Virus record (IMG/VR): IMGVR_UViG_3300020045_003071
Coordinates: 1-46,165 of that record
Strand: one strand, 5' to 3'
Length of the DNA stretch: 46,165 nt
From: a virus
Taxonomy: Duplodnaviria > Caudoviricetes
Shown here: positions 16,695-24,237 of the stretch, one piece after another
How the letters are laid out: every line of letters starts with the position of its first letter
Numbering within the stretch: the first letter of the stretch is position 1
The notes under the pieces: model-generated
What the model was told of the DNA's origin: nothing
Database searches by the model: none
What the model saw: only the letters and a program-made list of their open reading frames with translations
Position numbers and translations under genes: made by a program

Positions 16695-16724
16695 AAAGAA
16701 CCACCCAAATCGGGTGGTTTTCTT
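16693..16724. terminator. Bidirectional terminator
   Basis: AACCACCC-N5-GGGTGGTT between convergent genes. Confidence 0.85.
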
Positions 16725-16896
16725 ATCTTTCAGAGACATTTTTTTCATTGTCTTTTTTTAGTAATTCCTTAATCTTATCCTCAACTTTTGTAGAACAGTG
16801 TATATGGTATATCTTATTGCCAATTCTCTTTTTAGGAGTATTACCAAGTAAGATACCACCACACCATGAGCAAGCAAAATCATTGTATTCGTACAT
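16723..16896 (-). CDS. 57-aa zinc-finger protein (CxxC...HxxC)
   Basis: Hand translation MYEYNDFACSWCGG...YHIHCSTK; AAGGA upstream. Confidence 0.65.
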   Translation of the reverse strand: MYEYNDFACSWCGGILLGNTPKKRIGNKIYHIHCSTKVEDKIKELLKKDNEKNVSER

Positions 16897-16905
16897 AATA
16901 TATCC

Positions 16906-17151
16906 TTAGATTGAGTTGCGAGACCAAATCAACGTAGTAGCTTCTTCTTCAATGAGATAAATTTGATATTCACCTTTTTCATCAAGCAAAACAACAAAGA
17001 GTAACTCTTTATGTTCCACTAGAAGACAGTACATTTCTTTCTTATTGTAGTTGCATTTAGATTGAGCAACAATATCACCACCACTTAGATCAATATATGA
17101 AGCTTGTGCATTAAATGCAAGTAAAGCTAACGATATTAATAGGTACTTCAT
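16906..17151 (-). CDS. Secreted hypothetical protein
   Basis: Signal peptide MKYLLISLALLAFNAQA; SD AAGGAG. Confidence 0.75.
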   Translation of the reverse strand: MKYLLISLALLAFNAQASYIDLSGGDIVAQSKCNYNKKEMYCLLVEHKELLFVVLLDEKGEYQIYLIEEEATTLIWSRNSI

Positions 17152-17315
17152 TTCTTACTCCTTGGTTGTATTCTTCCTTGTAAAGGAAATGATTTGTCAT
17201 AGCATATGATACAGTATTGAAAACCTGTATTTGTTTTGTAAGGATCACCTTTTAAAAGTGACTTCTTACAAGTATGGCAAGTAAGCTTGTGGCTTTGAAC
17301 GGTATGAGTAATCAT
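17148..17315 (-). CDS. 55-aa zinc-finger protein (CxxC...CxxC)
   Basis: C-terminal half of the 117-aa track ORF; ATG at 17315 preceded by AAGGA. Confidence 0.6.
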   Translation of the reverse strand: MITHTVQSHKLTCHTCKKSLLKGDPYKTNTGFQYCIICYDKSFPLQGRIQPRSKK

Positions 17316-17400
17316 TTTGACATCCTTGGTAGTAAAAAAATCGGTTGAACATATCACACATACGCAAATAGTTGAGATTAAACTCAATAATAAAGTACAT
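17266..17400 (-). CDS. 44-aa hypothetical protein
   Basis: Perfect SD AAGGAGG 4 nt before the ATG; MYFIIEFNLNYLRMCDMFNRFF... Confidence 0.5.
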   Translation of the reverse strand: MYFIIEFNLNYLRMCDMFNRFFYYQGCQNDYSYRSKPQAYLPYL

Positions 17401-17440
17401 AATTCCTCCTTTAAAAGAACTACTATAATAGTATCATATG

Positions 17441-17468
17441 TTGACAATATTGTTAAGTATTGTATACT
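17441..17468 (+). promoter_or_regulatory. sigma70 promoter of the ncRNA
   Basis: TTGACA-N16-TATACT. Confidence 0.75.
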
Positions 17469-17474
17469 AGATTT

Positions 17475-17831
17475 ACACAAGCTCATGATGGTGCTATACA
17501 TCGTCTAAGGCTAGGAATAGGGAACTCTATGATACTTGTTCTCGAATCGACTCCATGGTGCGAGCCCACTGGAATGCCATGTATCAAACCTACTAGCTAT
17601 GTATAGAGTATGCTAGATGGTGGAGAATAAAGACGTTTGCTAGTTATCGTAAAAACTAGAACTGCACAATAGTGTAAAGAAAGCACCTAGACCTTAGGGG
17701 ACTAGAGTTCAGGAATGAAACGTACTGATTGGATATGCAGTAAAACTACTGGGGCGTAAGCTCCCTGCTCGTACTAGATATCATAGAATCGACAAGTAGA
17801 CAATTAACTACACAGAAATGTGTAGTTTTTT
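17475..17831 (+). ncRNA. Candidate ~355-nt structured ncRNA (family not recognised)
   Basis: Own promoter and terminator, no ORF of 60 aa or more, a closing helix, nested hairpins with GNRA loops and a potential pseudoknot. Confidence 0.72.
17806..17831 (+). terminator. Intrinsic terminator
   Basis: AACTACACA-GAAA-TGTGTAGTT followed by a T run. Confidence 0.88.
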
Positions 17832-17834
17832 GCA

Positions 17835-17844
17835 TGTGGATAAC
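17835..17844. promoter_or_regulatory. DnaA box (reverse orientation) upstream of a probable + strand promoter
   Basis: TGTGGATAAC, then AAGACA-N16-TATACT. Confidence 0.6.
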
Positions 17845-17900
17845 TCACAAGACAAATTACATTTTTTATATATACTCAATATAGGCACTAAGCCTTAATT

Positions 17901-18362
17901 ATGAAACATAAAGAACTCTTACCATACACAACAAAACATTTTAATCAATTAAAAGAATTACACCAAGAAGCAATTCAAAGATACCAAAAAGATAATCAAA
18001 AAATATTTTATCAACAAATACACGAGTTAAGAGAAAAGATGTTTGAATATGAGAATGTAGTTCTTTACAATAAATACGCAATTAACCATTGTAAATTTGG
18101 TAATTCTATAGATACTGAAGAAATATGTGAGCATGTATTCACACAGACTTTAAAACATTATTCTATACATGGGAATTGTTGTAAGTCATGTAGCACACAT
18201 TTTTCATACGTAGTACAACCTAAAAAAGCAGATAGTGTTATAGACACATTAATAGATGAAGAGAATAAAATTAAAGCAGAACACTTAAAAGAGTTTGAAG
18301 CTATCTATGATTTATCTCCTTGGAAATTGTTATCCACATACAATAGGTTGACTAAAGAGTAA
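17901..18362 (+). CDS. Hypothetical protein with Cys/His cluster
   Basis: ORF track; CEH...CCKSC. Confidence 0.75.
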   Translation: MKHKELLPYTTKHFNQLKELHQEAIQRYQKDNQKIFYQQIHELREKMFEYENVVLYNKYAINHCKFGNSIDTEEICEHVFTQTLKHYSIHGNCCKSCSTHFSYVVQPKKADSVIDTLIDEENKIKAEHLKEFEAIYDLSPWKLLSTYNRLTKE

Positions 18363-18376
18363 CTTGACTACATACT
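18329..18376 (+). promoter_or_regulatory. DnaA-box-coupled promoter
   Basis: GTTATCCACA-N9-TTGACT-N17-CATACT. Confidence 0.7.
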
Positions 18377-18380
18377 AATT

Positions 18381-18587
18381 ATGTTACAAGAGACTAATAT
18401 GAAATATAAAATAAATATACAAATTATAAATCAGAGAGGTGATGAGTTATTAGACAAACACATAAAGATTACTGACTTAGATAATATCCTAGACCTAGAT
18501 CTATCAGCTATCTATGCAGAAGCACAACAAAATGAGCTTACAGATTCACCTATAGAGTACGATGAAACTATCGAACTTGACAATTAA
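18381..18587 (+). CDS. Small acidic hypothetical protein
   Basis: ORF track; may start at 18399. Confidence 0.7.
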   Translation: MLQETNMKYKINIQIINQRGDELLDKHIKITDLDNILDLDLSAIYAEAQQNELTDSPIEYDETIELDN

Positions 18588-18682
18588 TAAAACAATTTGA
18601 CAAATTATCACAGATGTTGTGGAATATGTTAGCATCTGTTACACTACACATGGAAGTACAATCAACCTTAAAGGAGTTCATA

Positions 18683-19849
18683 ATGGATTCAAAGCAAATA
18701 AATGAGTTCATTACATTGAACTCTGAAAAAGACTATAAATGGTTAGCAGAACAGACTGGAGTTACTATAGAAGGAATACGTAAGCGTTATCAAAAACTAG
18801 GTCTTGGTAATAAGAAAGTAAATGCTCAAGTTATTAAGACTGTTGATCCTGAGAAGCAGTTGCAACTTGATATGGCTAAGATGAAATTATCTTATGCTGA
18901 AAAACATACTGATACAAAATATAAACTTGCTTTAAAGCAGATTGAATCACTACAGAAAGAGAACGAAGCAATATTGAATGTTAAAGACTCAGTCAATACT
19001 TTCAAAATTACACCTACACTTTCTTCTGGTTCAGAAGCTACAGCAGTTTGGTTAGCATCAGATTGGCATTGTGCTGAAAAGGTTACTCGTGGACAGACAA
19101 ACGGTATCAATGAATATAATCTTACTATTGCAAAATCTCGTGGTGAACAGTATTTCAAGAATGGTCTGTCTCTTACTAAAATGATGCACAAGGATGTGGA
19201 AATAAATACCATTGTTCTAGCGTTACTTGGCGATTTTATTACAGGGCATCTTCATTCACAGGCAGTTGAGACTAACTATCTTGCTCCTGCTGAAGAGATG
19301 AGATTTGCTCAGTCAATTATTGCTTCAGGAATTGAATACATCTTAAAGAACAGTAAATACAATCTTAAAATTGTATGCCAATCTGGTAATCACGGTAGGA
19401 CCACTAGATTTGCTGAGTTTGGTTCTGAGAATGGTCACTCATGGGAGTTCATTATGTATTGTAATCTTAAGGATTACTTTCGTAATGAAAAACGTGTAGA
19501 GATTGTTATATCAGAAGGTGCTCACACCTATGTTGACATCTATGGTCGTAAGGTTCGTTTCCTTCATGGACACGACATCAAATTTGGTGGTGGTGTTGGT
19601 GGAATTACAATTCCTGTTAAGAAAGCAATAGCGATGTGGGACATAGCATTACCTGCTTATCTTACTTGCTTTGGTCACTTTCACCAAAGACTAGATGGTG
19701 GAAACTTTATGGCTAATGGTTCACTTATTGGTTACAACTCGTTTGCATTGTCTATCAAGGCATCCGCTGAAGCACCAGCTCAACAGATGTTCTTGATTGA
19801 TAAGAAACGTGGTAAGACAGTAGTTGCACCAATTCTATTCGATATTTAA
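18683..19849 (+). CDS. Calcineurin-like metallophosphoesterase with N-terminal HTH and coiled coil
   Basis: SDWH, GDF, GNHGR, HGH and GHFH motifs; start chosen from SD AAGGAG at 18671. Confidence 0.9.
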   Translation: MDSKQINEFITLNSEKDYKWLAEQTGVTIEGIRKRYQKLGLGNKKVNAQVIKTVDPEKQLQLDMAKMKLSYAEKHTDTKYKLALKQIESLQKENEAILNVKDSVNTFKITPTLSSGSEATAVWLASDWHCAEKVTRGQTNGINEYNLTIAKSRGEQYFKNGLSLTKMMHKDVEINTIVLALLGDFITGHLHSQAVETNYLAPAEEMRFAQSIIASGIEYILKNSKYNLKIVCQSGNHGRTTRFAEFGSENGHSWEFIMYCNLKDYFRNEKRVEIVISEGAHTYVDIYGRKVRFLHGHDIKFGGGVGGITIPVKKAIAMWDIALPAYLTCFGHFHQRLDGGNFMANGSLIGYNSFALSIKASAEAPAQQMFLIDKKRGKTVVAPILFDI

Positions 19850-19855
19850 ATAAAG

Positions 19856-19875
19856 GCACTCTTCAGAGTGCTTTT
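19856..19875 (+). terminator. Intrinsic terminator
   Basis: GCACTC-TTCA-GAGTGC-TTTT. Confidence 0.75.
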
Positions 19876-19883
19876 ATATTACT

Positions 19884-20090
19884 ATGTCAAAAACAATACA
19901 CATCAAACCAAAGAAATTACGTATACAAGGTAGAGCTAATACTTATGGACTGTGTAATTGTACCCAGTGTCGTTATGGTCGTACTCGTATGAGAACAAAG
20001 TATACAGTACGTAAGATTGCTCGTTCATTTAACTTATATCTAAGAGGTAAAAGTAACCGAGAACCACGTAAAGGAATTTACACAGATTAA
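19884..20090 (+). CDS. Small very basic CxCxxC protein
   Basis: ORF track; Arg/Lys-rich. Confidence 0.7.
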   Translation: MSKTIHIKPKKLRIQGRANTYGLCNCTQCRYGRTRMRTKYTVRKIARSFNLYLRGKSNREPRKGIYTD

Positions 20091-20123
20091 ACAACTACTA
20101 ACTTATACCCAATTTACACCTTC

Positions 20124-20534
20124 ATGAAAAAGAATAATAATGCTAAACTTGTGCTAGACCTTGTAGAAGAATACAAGGAAACTTTTACTAAATTAAAGGA
20201 GTATGATGACATGGATGCAAAGAAATCAGAGGCACAAGCTCGTAAAGAGACACCTATTTTTTCTGGAGTACTTCGTTACTTTCCACTAGCGATAGCGGAG
20301 GTAGCAAGAGTATCACGAGCTGGGAATGAACAACATCACCCAGGTGAACCACTACATTGGGATAGAAGTAAATCTACCGATGAGTTAGATGCTCTTACAA
20401 GGCATTTAATGGAAGCTGGTACCATTGATACTGATGGTATGAGACACAGTGCCAAAGTAGCTTGGAGAGCGTTAAGCAATTTGGAAAAAGAATTAGAAGC
20501 TGCCCTAGAAAAACAAAATGGAGGAAATATATAA
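20124..20534 (+). CDS. DUF5664-like (dATP/dGTP diphosphohydrolase-type) protein
   Basis: FPLAIAEVARVS..G..QH....LHW...S.D..DAL.RH......D.DG.RH.AKVAWRAL pattern. Confidence 0.75.
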   Translation: MKKNNNAKLVLDLVEEYKETFTKLKEYDDMDAKKSEAQARKETPIFSGVLRYFPLAIAEVARVSRAGNEQHHPGEPLHWDRSKSTDELDALTRHLMEAGTIDTDGMRHSAKVAWRALSNLEKELEAALEKQNGGNI

Positions 20535-21030
20535 AGACATTCCAAATTGGGTAGGATTTTATCAAGTATCAAACCTTGGTAATGTAATTTCTTTACCAAG
20601 AAAGTTTAGTCCTAGAAAAACTATCTTAAAACCAACCATTACTTATGATGGATACTTAAAAGTTCATTTAAGAAATGGTAGAAATGGTGTACAAGTAGAA
20701 ATAAATAGATTAGTAGCTTTATCATTTATTGATAAAGATTACGTATCAAAAAAACTATATTGTGACCACATAGATAGAGATAGGACTAATAATAACCTTG
20801 ATAACTTACGGTTAGTATCTGCAAGAGTTAATACTGCTAACAATGGTAGAAACTTTTTAACAGGTGCTTACAAACATGGCACTAAATGGCAATCTGCTAT
20901 TAATATTAATGGAAAGCAACATTTTCTTGGAACTTATGGTACAGAAAATGAGGCTCATAAAGCTTATACTTTAGCAACCACAAACCTTGAAAAGGAGTTA
21001 GAAAATGAGCTTAATTTATCTAAGCGGTAA
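20518..21030 (+). CDS. NUMOD4-HNH-AP2 homing endonuclease
   Basis: YKDIP...YQVSNLGNV (NUMOD4), DHIDRDRTNNNLDNLR (HNH), KWQSAI..NGK..FLG.Y....AH.AY (AP2). Confidence 0.92.
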   Translation: MEEIYKDIPNWVGFYQVSNLGNVISLPRKFSPRKTILKPTITYDGYLKVHLRNGRNGVQVEINRLVALSFIDKDYVSKKLYCDHIDRDRTNNNLDNLRLVSARVNTANNGRNFLTGAYKHGTKWQSAININGKQHFLGTYGTENEAHKAYTLATTNLEKELENELNLSKR

Positions 21031-21310
21031 GATTACTGACAGTACTCGTGAGCAAGAGTTACTTAACATGGCAAAGTTCTTCGAGGTTGAAGATGACTTA
21101 ACCAAACGAGGGTTCAATGTATTTAACCCTGCTAGACTTGAACTTGAAAATGCTACATGGGAATATTATCTAGCGAGAGATTTAAAATATATAATGGAAC
21201 ATAAACCAATGATTTATTTAATACATCGTAACTGGGTAACATCTCGTGGTGCACGACTAGAAGTAGAACTTGCTAGATTACTAAACCTTCAGATAGTTGG
21301 ACCACTATAA
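21005..21310 (+). CDS. DUF4406-like protein (nucleoside deoxyribosyltransferase/hydrolase fold)
   Basis: IYLSGKIT...F...L..RG..V.NPA...W..SRGARLE..LA pattern. Confidence 0.85.
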   Translation: MSLIYLSGKITDSTREQELLNMAKFFEVEDDLTKRGFNVFNPARLELENATWEYYLARDLKYIMEHKPMIYLIHRNWVTSRGARLEVELARLLNLQIVGPL

Positions 21311-21312
21311 AA

Positions 21313-21370
21313 GTTATCCACACCAAAATCTCCAATTCATCTTGGAGGTTTTTTATTTGTACTATACACT
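21313..21370 (+). promoter_or_regulatory. DnaA box plus hairpin and probable leaderless promoter of the dnaB operon
   Basis: GTTATCCACA-N19-TTGGAG-N17-TACACT, ATG 7 nt later; overlaps a terminator-like stem CTCCAA/TTGGAG-T run. Confidence 0.55.
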
Positions 21371-21377
21371 CTAATAC

Positions 21378-21824
21378 ATGAGTAAAATAATTACTAGAAG
21401 TTATGACGAGTTAATAGTTTCAGATGAAGAAGCAAAACGAGTTAAAGAAGATAAGTTAAAACCTGATGATCTACAACTACCATATACGATTACTCATTCA
21501 GACGGTGTATGGGTAGGAACACTTAGAGATATAGGAACAGTTAATGTAGTCGAAGAATACAAACCTAAGTTCTTTCTTACAGAAGACAACAAGATGAGAT
21601 TCCATAACACTCATGGTTACGGTAAGTACCAAGACAAGTATGAATCAGGTTATGGATTACTAGATGTACAAACACAGTATTTAATAGGAGCTGGTGTTGC
21701 TAAACTCACAGAATACCAAGGAAGAAAATCACTTATTACACTGAACTCTCCAGAGTATGACAAGTACTCAGATTACTGGAAAGATTATTTAACTAAATTA
21801 GACCCATTCAATGAACTCCGATAA
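21378..21824 (+). CDS. Hypothetical protein preceding the helicase
   Basis: ORF track; overlaps the dnaB start. Confidence 0.75.
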   Translation: MSKIITRSYDELIVSDEEAKRVKEDKLKPDDLQLPYTITHSDGVWVGTLRDIGTVNVVEEYKPKFFLTEDNKMRFHNTHGYGKYQDKYESGYGLLDVQTQYLIGAGVAKLTEYQGRKSLITLNSPEYDKYSDYWKDYLTKLDPFNELR

Positions 21825-23118
21825 TAAAACGATAGAGACCACAATCGAGCATGAGAAGCAACTCATTGGATGTATTTTAATGACCCCTGAGATTCTTGAA
21901 GACCTAGATGAGATAACTTCAGAAGACTTCTTAGATCATAACTGTAGTACAATATATTCAGCGATTGTCAAGTTAGTAGAAGAGGGTTCAGTAGTAGACT
22001 TGACATCTTTAAATAATGTGGTGTCATTACCTGAGTTTATCATTGAGTGTATGACATTAGTACATGCTCCATCTGGATACCATTACTACGCTAAAATAGT
22101 AAAGGAGAGAAGTACCCTCAGGAAGCTGTACTCTATCACATCCACTGTAGCTGTCAAATCTGGCAACTCTGAGTCCTCACCAGAGGAGTTGGTAGATTAC
22201 ATCAACTCTAACCTTTCAGACCTCTACACACGTAAAATTAAGGAGACTGTTACAGCAGAAGAAGCTGTTAAATCTGTCATGGATTTAGTACACACTAGAA
22301 TGGCTAATCCTACAGACGTTACAGGTGTAACGACAGGGTTTCCATCAGTAGATAGATTACTCAATGGATTACACAAGACAGACCTTATTATCCTAGCAGC
22401 AAGACCTGCTAGAGGTAAATCAGCATTTGCATTACAACTAGCTAAGAATGTAGCTCTCTATGGTAAGACTCCAACCATGTTCTTTAGCCTAGAAATGGGC
22501 ACAGAACAGCTTGTACAACGCTTAGTGGCATCTGAGTCCAGAGTGAGCATTTCAAGCCTGTCTACGGGCAGAATTAGCCAAAATGAAGAAATAGCTCTTG
22601 AAATAGCCAGTAAAACTATAGGTTTTTTACCACTGTTTTTTAATGATAAAGCGGGACTAAAATTAAAAGATATAAAACGACAGATTAAGGCATATAACCA
22701 TAAAAATAAAGTTCCATTAGGTTTAATAATAGTTGATTACCTGCAGCTCATGGCTATTGGTAACGATAAGGCAAATATGGTTCAGGTAGTTACTGAAATC
22801 TCAAGAGGGTTAAAGATGATAGCTAAGGAGTTTAACCTATGTGTAGTGGCATTATCTCAGCTCTCAAGAGATGTTGAGAAGCGAGGTGGTAAGCCTAAGC
22901 TATCAGACCTAAGAGACTCAGGGTCAATAGAACAGGACGCTGATATTGTATGCTTCCTTCATTCGCCTGAGAAAGAACTTGACAGTTATGGAAATCGTGG
23001 TATTGAGTTACTAGTAGAGAAGCATCGTAGTGGACCTACTGGGAAGTGTTGCTTTAACTTTAAGGGAGAGAATATGACGTTTACTGAGACCGTAGATGTC
23101 AGTAAGTGGGTTGACTAA
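21811..23118 (+). CDS. dnaB: Replicative DNA helicase DnaB
   Basis: AARPARGKS, FSLEM, IVDYLQL, LSQLSR, LSDLRDSGSIEQDAD, KHRSGPTG. Confidence 0.97.
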   Translation: MNSDNKTIETTIEHEKQLIGCILMTPEILEDLDEITSEDFLDHNCSTIYSAIVKLVEEGSVVDLTSLNNVVSLPEFIIECMTLVHAPSGYHYYAKIVKERSTLRKLYSITSTVAVKSGNSESSPEELVDYINSNLSDLYTRKIKETVTAEEAVKSVMDLVHTRMANPTDVTGVTTGFPSVDRLLNGLHKTDLIILAARPARGKSAFALQLAKNVALYGKTPTMFFSLEMGTEQLVQRLVASESRVSISSLSTGRISQNEEIALEIASKTIGFLPLFFNDKAGLKLKDIKRQIKAYNHKNKVPLGLIIVDYLQLMAIGNDKANMVQVVTEISRGLKMIAKEFNLCVVALSQLSRDVEKRGGKPKLSDLRDSGSIEQDADIVCFLHSPEKELDSYGNRGIELLVEKHRSGPTGKCCFNFKGENMTFTETVDVSKWVD

Positions 23119-23130
23119 CAAGATTATATC

Positions 23131-23158
23131 TTGACTAATTTACATAATATTGTATAAT
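23131..23158 (+). promoter_or_regulatory. Leaderless sigma70 promoter
   Basis: TTGACT-N16-TATAAT, ATG 7 nt downstream. Confidence 0.7.
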
Positions 23159-23165
23159 AAAACAA

Positions 23166-23258
23166 ATGAAATATAACATTAAAACTACATATTTAAACCG
23201 AGAAACTGATAAATGGGAGGATGAAAAGACTACCAAATATCTCAAGAAAATGGTATAG
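23166..23258 (+). CDS. 30-aa peptide (MKYNIKTTYLNRETDKWEDEKTTKYLKKMV)
   Basis: Hand translation; directly behind the promoter. Confidence 0.45.
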   Translation: MKYNIKTTYLNRETDKWEDEKTTKYLKKMV

Positions 23259-23268
23259 TGACTATACT

Positions 23269-23757
23269 ATGATAATAAAATTAACACAAGGACTTGAAAC
23301 TATAATTGATGATGAAGATTTTGACAGATTACGTCATTACAAGTATAGATTTGATGGTGGTTATGCTGTAAGAACACTACCAATAAAAGAAAAAGGATAC
23401 AAAACTAATTATAAACTACATCATGATATAGTTGGTAAACCTCCGAAAGGAATGCACGTAGACCATATTAATAGAAATAAATTAGATAATAGAAAAGAGA
23501 ATCTTAGGATTGTCACACCATCAGAGAATGTGATGAATAAAACTGTACGTAAAGATTGTGTAAGTGGTTATAAAGGGGTTGTATTATGTAAAAGTAGAAA
23601 TTCTTATAAACAATGGAGAGCTCATATACAAAATACAGTAACAAAAAAGTTGGAATGTGTTGGATATTTTGAAACATTAAAAGAAGCCGTAATTGCTTAC
23701 AATAAAAGAGCTGAGGAACTTAGGGGTAAATTTGCAGTTTTGAACGAAATTAGATAA
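23269..23757 (+). CDS. HNH-AP2 endonuclease
   Basis: MIIKLTQG..TIIDDED, VDHINRNKLDNRKENLR, SGYKGV...WRAHI...AYNKRA...GKFAVLN. Confidence 0.92.
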   Translation: MIIKLTQGLETIIDDEDFDRLRHYKYRFDGGYAVRTLPIKEKGYKTNYKLHHDIVGKPPKGMHVDHINRNKLDNRKENLRIVTPSENVMNKTVRKDCVSGYKGVVLCKSRNSYKQWRAHIQNTVTKKLECVGYFETLKEAVIAYNKRAEELRGKFAVLNEIR

Positions 23758-23843
23758 TTCAAACCTTACTTTTTTAGTCAAAATTTGATAAACTTAAGGT
23801 GTTCCCTTGGTGAGTAGGTCCCCACATACTTTAGTGGGAAAAT

Positions 23844-24209
23844 ATGTTAGTAAAATTAATCATGAGTTCATTGGCGTTACTCATGATATTCTCAAATCAA
23901 GTAGCTACAGCATCAGCACCTGTACCTATAGCCAAACCTCTTACTACCGAGGAAAAGATAGTATATTATGCTAACAAACATAAAGTTTCAGCTGATATTA
24001 TATATAAAGTTATTAGTTGTGAATCACAGTTTAATCCCAACGCAGTTGGTGATAACGGACATTCACGAGGTTTGGTTCAGATTTATGATGATTATCATCC
24101 TGAAGTCACACATGAACAAGCCTTTAATGAGGACTTTTCAATAGAGTTCCTCGCTAAAAAATTAGCACAAAACAAAGGAAAACTTTGGACCTGCTACAGA
24201 AATCTATAA
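23844..24209 (+). CDS. Secreted SLT/lysozyme-like transglycosylase
   Basis: Signal peptide; CESQFNPNAVGD.G.SRGLVQI. Confidence 0.85.
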   Translation: MLVKLIMSSLALLMIFSNQVATASAPVPIAKPLTTEEKIVYYANKHKVSADIIYKVISCESQFNPNAVGDNGHSRGLVQIYDDYHPEVTHEQAFNEDFSIEFLAKKLAQNKGKLWTCYRNL

Positions 24210-24213
24210 TAAA

Positions 24214-24237
24214 CAAGCCCCCTTAACGGGGGTTTTG
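24214..24237. terminator. Terminator between convergent operons
   Basis: CCCCC-TTAAC-GGGGG stem with T/A flanks. Confidence 0.8.

Noticed and set aside
20124-21310. Z-genome (2-aminoadenine) pathway
   Set aside because: No PurZ, HD-type DatZ or DpoZ recognised in the window.
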